Assembly (NCBI GenBank): GCA_029558955.1
Contig: JAKQCW010000150.1
Coordinates: forward strand, 18,079 to 82,078
Direction of reading: 5' to 3'
From: Chloroflexota bacterium
GTDB lineage: Bacteria > Chloroflexota > Anaerolineae > JAAEKA01
DNA length: 64,000 nucleotides
Notes under the pieces: generated by a model
What the model was told of the DNA's origin: nothing
What the model saw: the letters and a program-made list of their open reading frames with translations, nothing else
Databases searched by the model: none
Translations under genes and position numbers: made by a program
Shown: in pieces, positions 1 to 8,156 of the stretch
How positions within the stretch are numbered: the first letter of the stretch is position 1
Layout: every line of letters begins with the position of its first letter

Positions 1-1185
1 GGAATGCTCCAGCACCGCTGGATTGAAGACCCACACCTCGCGCGAGCGTTGCAGCCAGCCGGCCGGCTCCATCAGGAAGAAGGGCAGCATCGGCCCCAGG
101 CCGATCACCGCGCCCAGTCCCAGCCAGAGCAACCCGCGGCGGTTGGCCCACAGCAGACGGCGCTCCACCAGCAGCAGGTAGAGCAGGAAGAGCGCCGCCA
201 CCACCAGGATCACCCGGCCGGAGTAGTACATCAGGCTGGCGCCGGCCAGCAGCAGCCCGCTGAGCAGAAAAGGCAGGCTTTGCCGGCGGCGCAGTCCGAT
301 GGCCAGCATGGCCAGCGCCCAGATGGCAAAGGGCGCCGGGTCCATGTACTCGGCGATGCGGCTGAAGTGGATGTGGGTGTAGGAGACGGCCAGCAGGGCG
401 GCGCCGATCAGGGCCACGCGGCGGCCCAGCGTCTCATTCAGCCAGACGTAGAGCCCCCAGACGCTCAGCACGCCCCCCAGCGCCGACGCCAGGCCCAGCC
501 CCAACGCGCCGCTGTCGCCGGAAAGGCGCATCATGGCCGCGGCCGGCAGAAAGCCAGTCATGGGGATGTCGGCCCAGCCCAGCGCCACAATGCCCTCCAC
601 CTGCCCGGCCAGCAGCGCCAGCGCCTGCAGGCCGTGGGAGGCCATGTCGCCGTGCAGGTCCTGCGGCAGCTCGCCCAGCCGGTAGAGACGCAGCCCCGCG
701 GCCGCCAGCAGGAGCAGCATTGGCAGCCCATAGCTGCGCCAATCGCGCCGCCAGCGGCTGGGCAGCGTCCGGGCCGCTCCCCAGGGGGTCTGGGAGGCGA
801 TCAGCAGCCCGATGCCAGCCAGCCAGCCCGCGCGCACCCAGCCCGATTCGCCGGCCAGCAGAAAGAGCCCGACGCTGAAGGCGTAGCTCAGCAGGGAGGC
901 GATGAACAAGGGCCGCGCCCAGCGGGTGGGGTGATCGACGAAGTCCGCGGCGGCCGCCGCCCGGCCGGTGGTCGCCGGGGCCAGGCCGGGCGCCGCCAGG
1001 GCAAAGATCAACGCGCCAGCCAGCAGCAGGCCGATGGCCAGGGTGGGCTGGCCATAGAGCGCCAGCGGCAGCCGAGCCAGCAGGGGGCTCCAATGGTCCG
1101 GCTGGTTCAGCAGATATTGGCCGGCGGCGGCCAGCGCCAGCGCCGATAAAACGCCGATGAAGCGTGCAACAGAGCGGGAGTGCAT
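1..1185 (-). CDS. GT-C superfamily glycosyltransferase, GT39 (PMT_2 / ArnT-like) family, partial. The C-terminus runs off the window start. Possible start ATG at 1185; an internal Met at 720 precedes the hydrophobic core.
   Basis: The minus-strand reading frame from 1185 is open to position 1, which is why it is absent from the ORF track (no stop in the window). Its translation is multi-pass hydrophobic and carries the ArnT/PMT-like N-terminal motif ...LLLLAAAGLRLYRLGELPQDLHGDMASHGL... The + ORF 4..1149 and the - ORF 434..1093 are Arg/Gln/Gly-rich off-frame artifacts. Confidence 0.55.
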   Translation of the reverse strand, partial: MHSRSVARFIGVLSALALAAAGQYLLNQPDHWSPLLARLPLALYGQPTLAIGLLLAGALIFALAAPGLAPATTGRAAAAADFVDHPTRWARPLFIASLLSYAFSVGLFLLAGESGWVRAGWLAGIGLLIASQTPWGAARTLPSRWRRDWRSYGLPMLLLLAAAGLRLYRLGELPQDLHGDMASHGLQALALLAGQVEGIVALGWADIPMTGFLPAAAMMRLSGDSGALGLGLASALGGVLSVWGLYVWLNETLGRRVALIGAALLAVSYTHIHFSRIAEYMDPAPFAIWALAMLAIGLRRRQSLPFLLSGLLLAGASLMYYSGRVILVVAALFLLYLLLVERRLLWANRRGLLWLGLGAVIGLGPMLPFFLMEPAGWLQRSREVWVFNPAVLEHS

Positions 1186-1311
1186 GGGCCTATGATAGCA
1201 GAATCACCGCCAGGAACCAAACCAGACACACCATGGCCAAGCGCAGCATGGGCTTTCATGACGCCGTGACCTTTTGCCCGTCGTGCGATCCTATGTTATA
1301 CTGGCGTCCAT

Positions 1312-1635
1312 GGGCCGCTAGCTCAATGGTAGAGCAAGGGACTTTAAGAATGGAGCCTCTACAGGGTAACTTGTAGAGTGGACGCTGCTATATGCTGGGA
1401 CCCCCTAAAGCTGACGGTACGTTTTCCTGACGTGACAATCTGTCAGATAGATGGGCAATCAGCAGGCAACCTCAGCGATGAGAGAGCCCTCAGAGGCCAT
1501 ACGCAGCGCACCCCGGCGGGCCAGACCCGGGGTGAAGAGATGGTCCAGACCGCAACAGTGTCTGCTGACCTGGCTGGCGAAAGTCAGTGCGGTAGGTTAA
1601 TCCCTAGGTTCAGAGTTCGAGCCTCTGGCGGCTCA
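1312..1635 (+). tRNA. tRNA-Lys (anticodon UUU) gene interrupted in the anticodon loop by a 252-nt intron. Exons are 1312..1344 and 1597..1635. No CCA is encoded.
   Basis: 5' half: GGGCCGC-TA-GCTC-AATGGTA-GAGC-A-AGGGA-CUU. 3' half: UUAA-TCCCT-AGGTT-CAGAG-TTCGAGC-CTCTG-GCGGCTC-A. These give canonical acceptor (one G-U), D, anticodon (AGGGA/TCCCT) and T stems, a 5-nt variable loop and discriminator A. The spliced loop would be CUUUUAA. The D-arm resembles bacterial tRNA-Lys. Confidence 0.7.
1345..1596 (+). ncRNA. Putative group I self-splicing intron (small, ORF-less) inside the tRNA-Lys anticodon loop.
   Basis: The 5' exon ends in U (..ACUU|) and the intron ends in G (..GCGGUAGG|). A GGGU internal guide (..cuacaGGGUaac..) can pair with exon ACUU to form P1 with a U-G wobble at the splice site. 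A P-like segment (gacgCUGCUauaug) is complementary to a Q-like element, gcAAUCAGCAGGca, which matches the group I Q consensus AAUC(C/A)GCAG. P7-like pairing is possible between guGUCUGCUGACC and gaaAGUCAGUgcgg. The length (252 nt) is typical of tRNA group I introns. Confidence 0.55.
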
Positions 1636-1641
1636 TAGAAA

Positions 1642-1676
1642 CAGCCCGAGACATCATGTCTCGGGCTGTTTTCGTT
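1642..1676 (+). terminator. Rho-independent terminator after the tRNA; it possibly also serves the convergent GT2 gene.
   Basis: A perfect 12-bp stem, CAGCCCGAGACA / TGTCTCGGGCTG, with a 3-nt loop, followed by a TTTTCGTT tract. Confidence 0.65.
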
Positions 1677-1690
1677 GCTGGCTGGGGCGG

Positions 1691-2479
1691 CTAGGCGATG
1701 TCGTACATGCCGCGCATTTCGTTGCGCTTGACGCGCAGAATCTCACGCGCCATCTCCAGCGACTCGTTGACGTAGCGCAGGAGATCGCTCTGCTGCCCCT
1801 TGGTGACGCTCACGTCGCGGTTCTGCCACTCCACCACCACTTCCTTGATGGCGTAGCCGGCCTTTTCCATGATGAAGAGCAGCTCGACGTCGTAGGCGGA
1901 GACCTTCCAGCCGCTGGGGCGCTCGGCCTGCTTGAAGAACTGCAAGCGGGGGAAGGTTTCCAGCGCCACATGGCGACGGCAAGTCTTGAAGCCGCATTGG
2001 GTGTCGTTGATATCGCGCAGCAGGAAGAGGCTGCGCAGGCCGCGAAAGATCAGGCTGCCCAGCTTGCGCAACAGGTTGAAGCCCTCGCGCGCCGCGCCGC
2101 GCGAGCCGATGACCACCTGGTAGCCGGCGTCGTACCAGGGCAGCAACTGATCCACCTCGTGGATCGGCGTGGACTGGTCCATGTCGGTGAAGAGCACGAT
2201 CTCGCCCTGCGCGGCCTGGATGCCGGCCCAGACGGCCGCCGGCTTGCCGCCGTGGACGATGGGGAGCAGCGAGAAGCCCCGCTTGCCGGCGATGCGGCTC
2301 TCGACCAGTTGCCGGCTGTCGTCTGTCGAGCCGTCGTCTACCACGATCACTTCCCAGGAGTAGGACTGCCGGCTGAGGAACTGATCGACTTCCTCCAGAA
2401 CCCCACGTTCCAGGTTGCGCGCTTCGTTGTAGCAGGGGATCACGACTGAGAGATAGACGGATGTTCCGGCGCTGCTCAT
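1691..2479 (-). CDS. GT2-family glycosyltransferase, polyprenol/dolichol-phosphate mannose (or glucose) synthase-like.
   Basis: The translation contains the GT2 hallmarks VIPCYNE...VVDDGSTDDS...DMDQ. The start is taken at the internal Met (MSSAGTSVYLSVVIPCYNE) at 2479. The upstream extension of the ORF runs into the REP repeats. Confidence 0.75.
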   Translation of the reverse strand: MSSAGTSVYLSVVIPCYNEARNLERGVLEEVDQFLSRQSYSWEVIVVDDGSTDDSRQLVESRIAGKRGFSLLPIVHGGKPAAVWAGIQAAQGEIVLFTDMDQSTPIHEVDQLLPWYDAGYQVVIGSRGAAREGFNLLRKLGSLIFRGLRSLFLLRDINDTQCGFKTCRRHVALETFPRLQFFKQAERPSGWKVSAYDVELLFIMEKAGYAIKEVVVEWQNRDVSVTKGQQSDLLRYVNESLEMAREILRVKRNEMRGMYDIA

Positions 2480-2494
2480 GGGCGAGGCTCGCGG

Positions 2495-2640
2495 GCTGGC
2501 TCGGTCAGAGACCGGCCAGAGCACCAATGAGGTGATTGGGGGCGGGCTGGCTCGGTCAGAGACCGGCCAGAGCGCGGGGCGGGGCGGGCTGGCTCGGTCA
2601 GAGACCGGCCAGAGCGCGGCGTGGTCAGAGGCTGGCCAAG
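2495..2640. repeat. Three or more tandem copies of a REP-like hairpin unit (GGGCTGGCTCGGTCAGAGACCGGCCAGAGC). A related copy lies at 12140..12240.
   Basis: The unit is directly repeated about 3 times at roughly 40-bp spacing. Each unit can fold as CTGGC(T)CGGTC-AGA-GACCGGCCAG. It generates the spurious ORFs 2476..2682 and 2478..2759 with GLARSETGQS repeats. Confidence 0.6.
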
Positions 2641-2691
2641 GGGCCAGCTTGATGGTTGAAGGGTGCCAGACATGTTGGTCATTGTACGGTT

Positions 2692-3567
2692 CTACAGGAG
2701 AATCAGCAAACCCAGGCTGCCTGCCAGCAGCCCACCCACCAGCGAGGAGAGGAGGTTGACCATGTCGTTGTTCATCCAGCTCCAGCCGCGCAGGGGACGG
2801 GTGGGCGCGCCGCAGCTATGCACCTGGCGTTCGGTCTCCTTCTCGCAGCGGTCGCACCAGAAGATGCGCTGCACCGTGGCGCCCAGCAGGCTGTCGAACA
2901 ACGAGCCTACCAGGCCGGCCACGGCCGCGATGGCCACGATGGGCAGATCGGCCAGCAGCAACTGGGCGCGCGTGGCCCATGAGGCGAGCTGGATCAGGAG
3001 AAACGCGGTCACGCCGATGAAGGCGGCGCCGGTGAGCGCGGCCAGCGTGCCGTAGCGGGTGATGCCGCCCGATGTGCCGGGCGCCGCGGGCCGGCCGGTG
3101 GTGATCAGCCGCGGCCTTTCGCGGGCCAACACGCCCAGCTCGGTGGCCCAGGTGTCGGCGTTGACGGTGGCCATGACGCCGAAATAGGCGACGGTCAGAT
3201 AGATGTAGAGCGGATTGCCGGCCCGCACCTGGCCGGTCAGGTCGATCAGAAAAAAGACCGCCAGCGCCAACAGCGCGCCGAGGCCGCCGTTGGCCAGCAC
3301 CTGCCCCAGGTCGCGGCGCTGACCTTTGTCGAACTGCTCGGCCACGGCCTGCTTTTCAGCGCGACGGTACTGGCTGAGCAGGCTGGAGCTGACAAAGAAG
3401 GCGATCAGCGTCAGGCCCCAGGTCCAGCCGCCGAAGCCGAAGATCAGCGTGCCGACCAGCATGGCGCCAGCCACGCCGCTGGGCGCCAGCGCGTTGCGCC
3501 GATAGGCCAGGAGGCCAATCAGGCCGCTGAGCGCCAGACCGAGGGCAAGACGGGGCAGGATATCCAT
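2692..3567 (-). CDS. DUF92 / TIGR00297-family integral membrane protein with a C-terminal Cys motif.
   Basis: The protein is multi-pass hydrophobic (MDILPRLALGLALSGLIGLL...). The start at 3567 lies 2 nt after the upstream gene's stop, suggesting an operon. Four Cys (CDRCEKETERQVHSCGAP) are clustered near the C-terminus. Confidence 0.5.
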   Translation of the reverse strand: MDILPRLALGLALSGLIGLLAYRRNALAPSGVAGAMLVGTLIFGFGGWTWGLTLIAFFVSSSLLSQYRRAEKQAVAEQFDKGQRRDLGQVLANGGLGALLALAVFFLIDLTGQVRAGNPLYIYLTVAYFGVMATVNADTWATELGVLARERPRLITTGRPAAPGTSGGITRYGTLAALTGAAFIGVTAFLLIQLASWATRAQLLLADLPIVAIAAVAGLVGSLFDSLLGATVQRIFWCDRCEKETERQVHSCGAPTRPLRGWSWMNNDMVNLLSSLVGGLLAGSLGLLILL

Positions 3568-3569
3568 GC

Positions 3570-4514
3570 TCAAAGCCTGGTGACGGAAAGAAGTGCAGCC
3601 ATGGCAGCAAGCTGGGCTGCCAACGCGCCGCCCCACAGCAGCCCCGCCGCCACGCGCTGCCGCTCATAGATCAGCAAACCCCAGGCGCCGTTGATCAGCC
3701 AGACTGCCAGGCCGAAGATGGGGAAGAGGAAGATCATGCGCCGGTCCAGGTCATCCCACTGCGGCAGGGCGAAGGGCAGGGCCGCAAAACGGCTCATGGC
3801 AACGCCCAGCAACAGCAGCACGCCCAGAAAACCGCCCAGCAGCAGGCTGAGCAGAAAACGGTCTTGCCAGAGGGGAAAGCGCATCCAGGCCGGCCACTGC
3901 CGCTGTTGCGTCGCCAGGTGGGTCGGTCCCAGGCGGTGATGCTCCTGCAACGAGGCCAGAAAGCCTTCAGGGTCGGCCGGCGAGATGCCAAAGACGCGGC
4001 CGCCGGCGTGCAGCAGGAGCTGTTGCGGCAGCGGCTGCGAGGCCACGCTGTAGAGCCTGGCGCGCGGCAGCTTGCGCCGCGTGCCCAGGTCAGGACCGAA
4101 GATCACCAACGGCGCGAGGCGAGGCCAGCGCTCGGCCAAGGCGCGCACCGGCTGATCGATCTGGCCGTTGGGGCCTTGGGCCAGCCGCTGGCCGGCGATC
4201 AGCGCCTGAACTGCTTCCTCCCGCTGCACCTCCTGCACCGCGCCGATGGGGATCACCTGCCGGATCGGCCCCCAGGCCAGGGTGACGGCGTTGCGGTCGA
4301 TCCAATAGACCAGGCTGAGGCAGAGCCAGGCCCGCCAGAGCGTGTAGCTGATGGGCAGCCAGAGCGCCAGCACCAACAGCAGCAGCAGGAAGGTCGTCGC
4401 GCCCACCGGCCGCGCGGCCATCAGGATCGCCAACAGCAGGTCCAGGGCGATCAACAGCAGGCCGACCAGCAGCGCACGGCGGCCGTCGGTGGAGGAGGCG
4501 GGGCGAAAGATCAT
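3570..4514 (-). CDS. Membrane protein, possibly bacterial PH (bPH_2, YdbT-like) domain protein.
   Basis: Two N-terminal TM helices are followed by soluble segments and further TM pairs. The start is taken at MIFRPASS (4514). The longer ORF start at 4598 lacks support. Confidence 0.35.
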   Translation of the reverse strand: MIFRPASSTDGRRALLVGLLLIALDLLLAILMAARPVGATTFLLLLLVLALWLPISYTLWRAWLCLSLVYWIDRNAVTLAWGPIRQVIPIGAVQEVQREEAVQALIAGQRLAQGPNGQIDQPVRALAERWPRLAPLVIFGPDLGTRRKLPRARLYSVASQPLPQQLLLHAGGRVFGISPADPEGFLASLQEHHRLGPTHLATQQRQWPAWMRFPLWQDRFLLSLLLGGFLGVLLLLGVAMSRFAALPFALPQWDDLDRRMIFLFPIFGLAVWLINGAWGLLIYERQRVAAGLLWGGALAAQLAAMAALLSVTRL

Positions 4515-4544
4515 AGTGAGGCGTGAAACGTGAGGTGTGATGGT

Positions 4545-4620
4545 GGTGTGCGTGGCACAAATGCGTAATTCGTAACCCGGAGCGTGTGAGGATGGCAATT
4601 GTCTCCGGGTTACGGATTAC
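4545..4620. repeat. CGTAAC-type palindromic repeat (family A) copy.
   Basis: gcgtaattcgtaacccgg ... ccgggttacggattacgggttacgc forms an inverted repeat. The same motif family occurs at 7786..7828, 27900..28088 and 40300..40400. Confidence 0.5.
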
Positions 4621-4623
4621 GGG

Positions 4624-5550
4624 TTACGCATGATCGAACACCGGCGTGTTCCACGACCGATAGCGTTCCACGTTGCCGCGCACGACGTCGAAGTAGAGGT
4701 TGCGGATGGCGTTGGTGATGGGCCCCATGACTCCCGCGCCCACCGGCCGGCGGTCGACGGCGGTGATGGAGGCAACCTGGACGCCGGTGCCGCAGAAGAA
4801 GAGCTCATCGCAGACGTAGAGCTCGGTGCGGTCGATCTCCCGTTCTTCGACGCGGATCCCCAGGTCGGCCGCGGCCAACTCCATGACGGTGCGCCGGGTG
4901 ATCCCCTCCAGGATGTTGGCCGACACCGGCGGCGTGATCAGTTGGCCATCGCGCACCATGAAGATGTTGGCCGCGCTGCCCTCCGAGGCGTGGCCATACT
5001 CGTCGAGCACGATGGCTTCGTCGTAGCCGTCCATCAATGCCTCAGACTTGACCAGGCTGGAGTTGACGTAGGCGCCGGCGATCTTGCCGCGGGCGGGGAT
5101 GGCGTTGTCGTCCACCCGGCGCCAGGAAGAGACGCACACCGATGCGCCCTCCTCGTTGGCCACGTAGCGGCCAAAGGGGGTGGCAAAGATGGTGACCTCG
5201 TCGATCATGTCGTGCAACAGCACGCCGATCTTGTGATCTGCCTTGTAGGCCAGCGGCCGCACGTACATGTCGTTGCGCTGCCCCTCGCACCTGAGCAGCT
5301 CCACCACGGCAGCGCGCAGTTGCTCGGCGCTGTAGGGCAGGTTCATCAACAGCAGGCTGGCTGAGCTCAGGAAACGCTTGATGTGATCCTCCAGCCGGAA
5401 GATGTAGAGCTGCTCCTGCTGTTCGTTCCAGTAGGCGCGGATGCCGCCGAAGCAGGCAGTGCCGTAGTGCAGCGCGTGGGTCATCACGCTGACTTTGGCT
5501 TGCTCGATGGGCACGATCTGGCCCTGAAAGAAGGCGTAGTTGGTTTGCAT
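4624..5550 (-). CDS. ilvE: Branched-chain amino acid aminotransferase.
   Basis: The 308-aa translation has the class IV aminotransferase pattern (..LHYGTACFGGIRAY.., ..EGSAANIFMV.., ..ITRRTVMELA..). Confidence 0.9.
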   Translation of the reverse strand: MQTNYAFFQGQIVPIEQAKVSVMTHALHYGTACFGGIRAYWNEQQEQLYIFRLEDHIKRFLSSASLLLMNLPYSAEQLRAAVVELLRCEGQRNDMYVRPLAYKADHKIGVLLHDMIDEVTIFATPFGRYVANEEGASVCVSSWRRVDDNAIPARGKIAGAYVNSSLVKSEALMDGYDEAIVLDEYGHASEGSAANIFMVRDGQLITPPVSANILEGITRRTVMELAAADLGIRVEEREIDRTELYVCDELFFCGTGVQVASITAVDRRPVGAGVMGPITNAIRNLYFDVVRGNVERYRSWNTPVFDHA

Positions 5551-5603
5551 GGGAGACCTGGATTTGGGGAATGGTTAATGGGGAATTGGGGAATGGTGAA
5601 CGG

Positions 5604-6398
5604 TTAATGGTTAATGGCTAATGGGGGGTGCGGGGTGGGAAGGGCGACCCAGGACTGGAGGGTGGCCATGAAGCTGTGGGCGGTCATGTCCATGCTGAGC
5701 GGGGTGATGGAGATGTAGCCGTGGGCGACGGCGCCGATGTCGGTGCCATCTTCGATCACGCCGCTGGGCGGCTCGCCGCCGATCCAGTAGTAGGGCTGGC
5801 CTTTGGGGTCGGTCCGCCCGATCAACACATCGCGGTAGACGCGCTGGCCCAGACGGGTGACGACGACGCCCTGCACCTCAGCGCTGGGAATGGGGGGCGC
5901 GTTGACGTTGAAGAGCAGGTTGGGCGGCAGGCCGTTGGCCAGGATCAGCCGGGCCAGGTGCGCCACCGCGGCGGTGACCGCGGCGAAATCGGACCACTCG
6001 CGCGCGTCCAGCGAGACCGCGATGGCCGGCACGCCGCCCACCACCGCCTCCATCGCGCCGGCCACCGTGCCGCTGTAGGTGATGTCGTGGCCCAGGTTGC
6101 CGCCCTGGTTGATGCCTGAGACCACCAGGTCCGGCGGGTCAGGGATGGCGCCCAGCAGGGCCAGTCCGACGCAGTCCGAGGGCGCGCCGTTGGTGGTGTA
6201 GGCTGACGAGCCGTCGGCCAGCGTCACCTGGTTGATGCGCAGCGGCTTGTGCATGGTCTTGCTGTGGCCGGCCGCGCTCCAGTTGCGGTCAGGCGCAAAG
6301 ACCGTCACCTGGCCCACCGCCTCCAGCGCCTGTTTCAACGCCAGCAGGCCGGGCGAGTATACACCGTCGTCGTTGGTGATTAAGATATGTGCAGGCAT
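5604..6398 (-). CDS. surE: 5'/3'-nucleotidase SurE.
   Basis: It has the N-terminal MPAHILITNDDGVYSPGL motif typical of SurE, and is 264 aa. Confidence 0.9.
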   Translation of the reverse strand: MPAHILITNDDGVYSPGLLALKQALEAVGQVTVFAPDRNWSAAGHSKTMHKPLRINQVTLADGSSAYTTNGAPSDCVGLALLGAIPDPPDLVVSGINQGGNLGHDITYSGTVAGAMEAVVGGVPAIAVSLDAREWSDFAAVTAAVAHLARLILANGLPPNLLFNVNAPPIPSAEVQGVVVTRLGQRVYRDVLIGRTDPKGQPYYWIGGEPPSGVIEDGTDIGAVAHGYISITPLSMDMTAHSFMATLQSWVALPTPHPPLAINH

Positions 6399-6602
6399 GG
6401 GTCAAACAAGGCAAACCCCCAGCGCCAGAGATCAAAGGATGGCCCGCCAGGCAAAAAACGTCTGGCGCCTGGGGTCAGTCGATGGGGCCATCGTCGGGTC
6501 ATTGTAGCGCAGCGGGGGAGATTCGACAAAACAGGGGGCTTTGTTGCCGGTTGGGGCGGGGGCCACGGCTTGCGTCGGATGTTGGCTACCATGGCGGCAT
6601 TC

Positions 6603-6631
6603 TTGCGTGATCGTTTTGTTGCAAGTATAAT
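6603..6631 (+). promoter_or_regulatory. Sigma70-type promoter for the Fe3+-type ABC operon.
   Basis: TTGCGT-17 nt-TATAAT, located 65 nt upstream of the SBP start, followed by the RBS AAGGAGG at 6683..6689. Confidence 0.5.
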
Positions 6632-6695
6632 CGCTCCCGTTCCACGTTTTGTCTCTTTGTTCCAATCAACCTGTTTTGCTCAAGGAGGAGCACCT

Positions 6696-7736
6696 ATGAA
6701 CATCCGTCGTCTTGCCTTCTCGTTGGCCATGTTGCTGGCCATCGTTGTGTTGGTGGTGGCCTGCCAGGCCCCGGCCGTCGCGCCGCAGCCCGCCGCCAGC
6801 AACGAGCTGAACGTGCTCTGCACCCCCCAGGTGGAGTGGTGCGAGGGCATGAAGACCGAGTTCGAAGCTGCCAACCCCGGCATCACCGTCAACTTCGTGC
6901 GTCTGTCCAGCGGCGAGGCGCTGACCCGCCTGCGCAACGAGAAGGACAACCCCCAATTCGACATCTGGTGGGGCGGCCCCATCGACAGCTTCGTCGCCGC
7001 CAAGAACGAGGGACTGCTGGAGCAGTACGACTCGCCCAACTACGCCAACCTGATCAACCCCACGCTGATGGCCGACCCGGACAAGCACTGGGCCGGGGTC
7101 TACGTCGGCTCGCTGGGCTTTGCCACCAACAACAACTCCGGCATCACCCCGCCCACCTCCTGGGATGACCTGCTGGCGCCGGAGATGAAGGGCCAGATCC
7201 TGATGGCGCACCCCTCCAGCTCGGGCACCTCCTACACCACGCTCTGCACCCGCTTGCAGATGCTGGGCGAAGAGGCCGGCTGGGACTGGATGGGTAAACT
7301 GGCCGACAATGTCTTGCAGTACACCAAGAGCGGCGCGGCGCCGGGCAAGTTCGTCGGCCAGGGAGAAGCCGCGGTCGGCATTCTCTTCTCCCACGACGTG
7401 GTGGCCGAGATCAAGAAGGGATCGCCGCTGACCCTCACCTTCCCCGAAGAGGGCACTGGCTACGAGATCGGCGGCATGGGGATCCTCAAGGGCGCCAAGA
7501 ACCTGGAGAACGCCAAGAAGTGGTTCGACTGGGCGCTGGAGCCGGCCACCCAGGAGCTGGGGCCGAAATACAACGCCTTCCAGGCGCCCACGGTCAAGGG
7601 AGCAGCCGCCTCGCAGCCTGAGCTGCTGGAGGTCAACCTGATCGACTACAACTTCCAGTGGTGCGGCGACAACAAGAAGGCGTTCGTCGACAAGTTCACC
7701 AACGAGATCGCCGGCGCCGACTCGCTGAAGGAATAA
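6696..7736 (+). CDS. ABC transporter periplasmic substrate-binding lipoprotein, Fe3+/thiamine/2-AEP (FbpA/AfuA-like) family.
   Basis: There is a lipoprotein signal (LLAIVVLVVAC) and an SBP fold. A strong RBS precedes the ATG at 6696. The long ORF start at 6387 is an upstream read-through. Confidence 0.8.
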   Translation: MNIRRLAFSLAMLLAIVVLVVACQAPAVAPQPAASNELNVLCTPQVEWCEGMKTEFEAANPGITVNFVRLSSGEALTRLRNEKDNPQFDIWWGGPIDSFVAAKNEGLLEQYDSPNYANLINPTLMADPDKHWAGVYVGSLGFATNNNSGITPPTSWDDLLAPEMKGQILMAHPSSSGTSYTTLCTRLQMLGEEAGWDWMGKLADNVLQYTKSGAAPGKFVGQGEAAVGILFSHDVVAEIKKGSPLTLTFPEEGTGYEIGGMGILKGAKNLENAKKWFDWALEPATQELGPKYNAFQAPTVKGAAASQPELLEVNLIDYNFQWCGDNKKAFVDKFTNEIAGADSLKE

Positions 7737-7744
7737 AGGTCGGT

Positions 7745-8110
7745 GCGTGACGTGTTACGTGTTGCGCGCATGGGTCGTTGGGAGTCGTGATGCGTAACAC
7801 GTAACTCGTAACTCGTAACACGTAACCGGAATTGCGGGCGATGGCTGTGCGCATGTTGCGCGTTGTCCATGCCGGGTCCCGCAATCCGGAGTCGAGGCTT
7901 CAGCCGGGTCTGGCGAAAAGCCGGCTAAAGCCTCGACTCCTATCTGGCCGCAACCGGATCCCGCAGCCAGAGTCGAGGCTTCAGCCGGGTCTGGCGAAAA
8001 GCCGGCTAAAGCCTCGACTCCTATCTGGCCGCAGCCGGGTTTCGCAGCCGGAGTCGAGGCTTCAGCCGGGTCGGGCGAAAAGCCGGCTAAAGCCTCGACT
8101 CCTATCCGCC
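7745..8110. repeat. Composite intercistronic repeat block. It has family A CGTAAC hairpins (7786..7828) plus three copies of the 53-nt family B hairpin (7888..7940, 7970..8021, 8050..8102).
   Basis: The B unit is GGAGTCGAGGCTTCAGCCGGG-TCTGGCGAAAA-GCCGGCTAAAGCCTCGACTCC, with an approximately 20-bp stem. It is repeated 3 times with spacers of about 28 nt. It creates the spurious ORFs 7755..8804 (-) and 7832..8968 (+). Confidence 0.75.
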
Positions 8111-8156
8111 AGGAACCGCCGGCGCGCTTGCGGCGGAACGAACCAGCGATCTCCCC

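Noticed and set aside
4-1149. 381-aa + strand ORF (and the 219-aa - ORF 434..1093) full of Gln/Arg/Gly/Pro.
   Set aside because: This is an antisense or off-frame artefact of high-GC DNA. The genuinely hydrophobic GT39-like frame is the minus strand in phase with 1185, which has no stop in the window.
1164-1638. Two small + ORFs (1164..1376, 1378..1638) covering the tRNA-Lys exons and intron.
   Set aside because: They overlap a structurally convincing tRNA and a structured intron. There is no RBS and no coding signal.
6632-6695. TPP/other riboswitch upstream of the FbpA/ThiB-family SBP gene.
   Set aside because: There are only 65 nt between the predicted -10 and the start codon, which is too short for a riboswitch aptamer.
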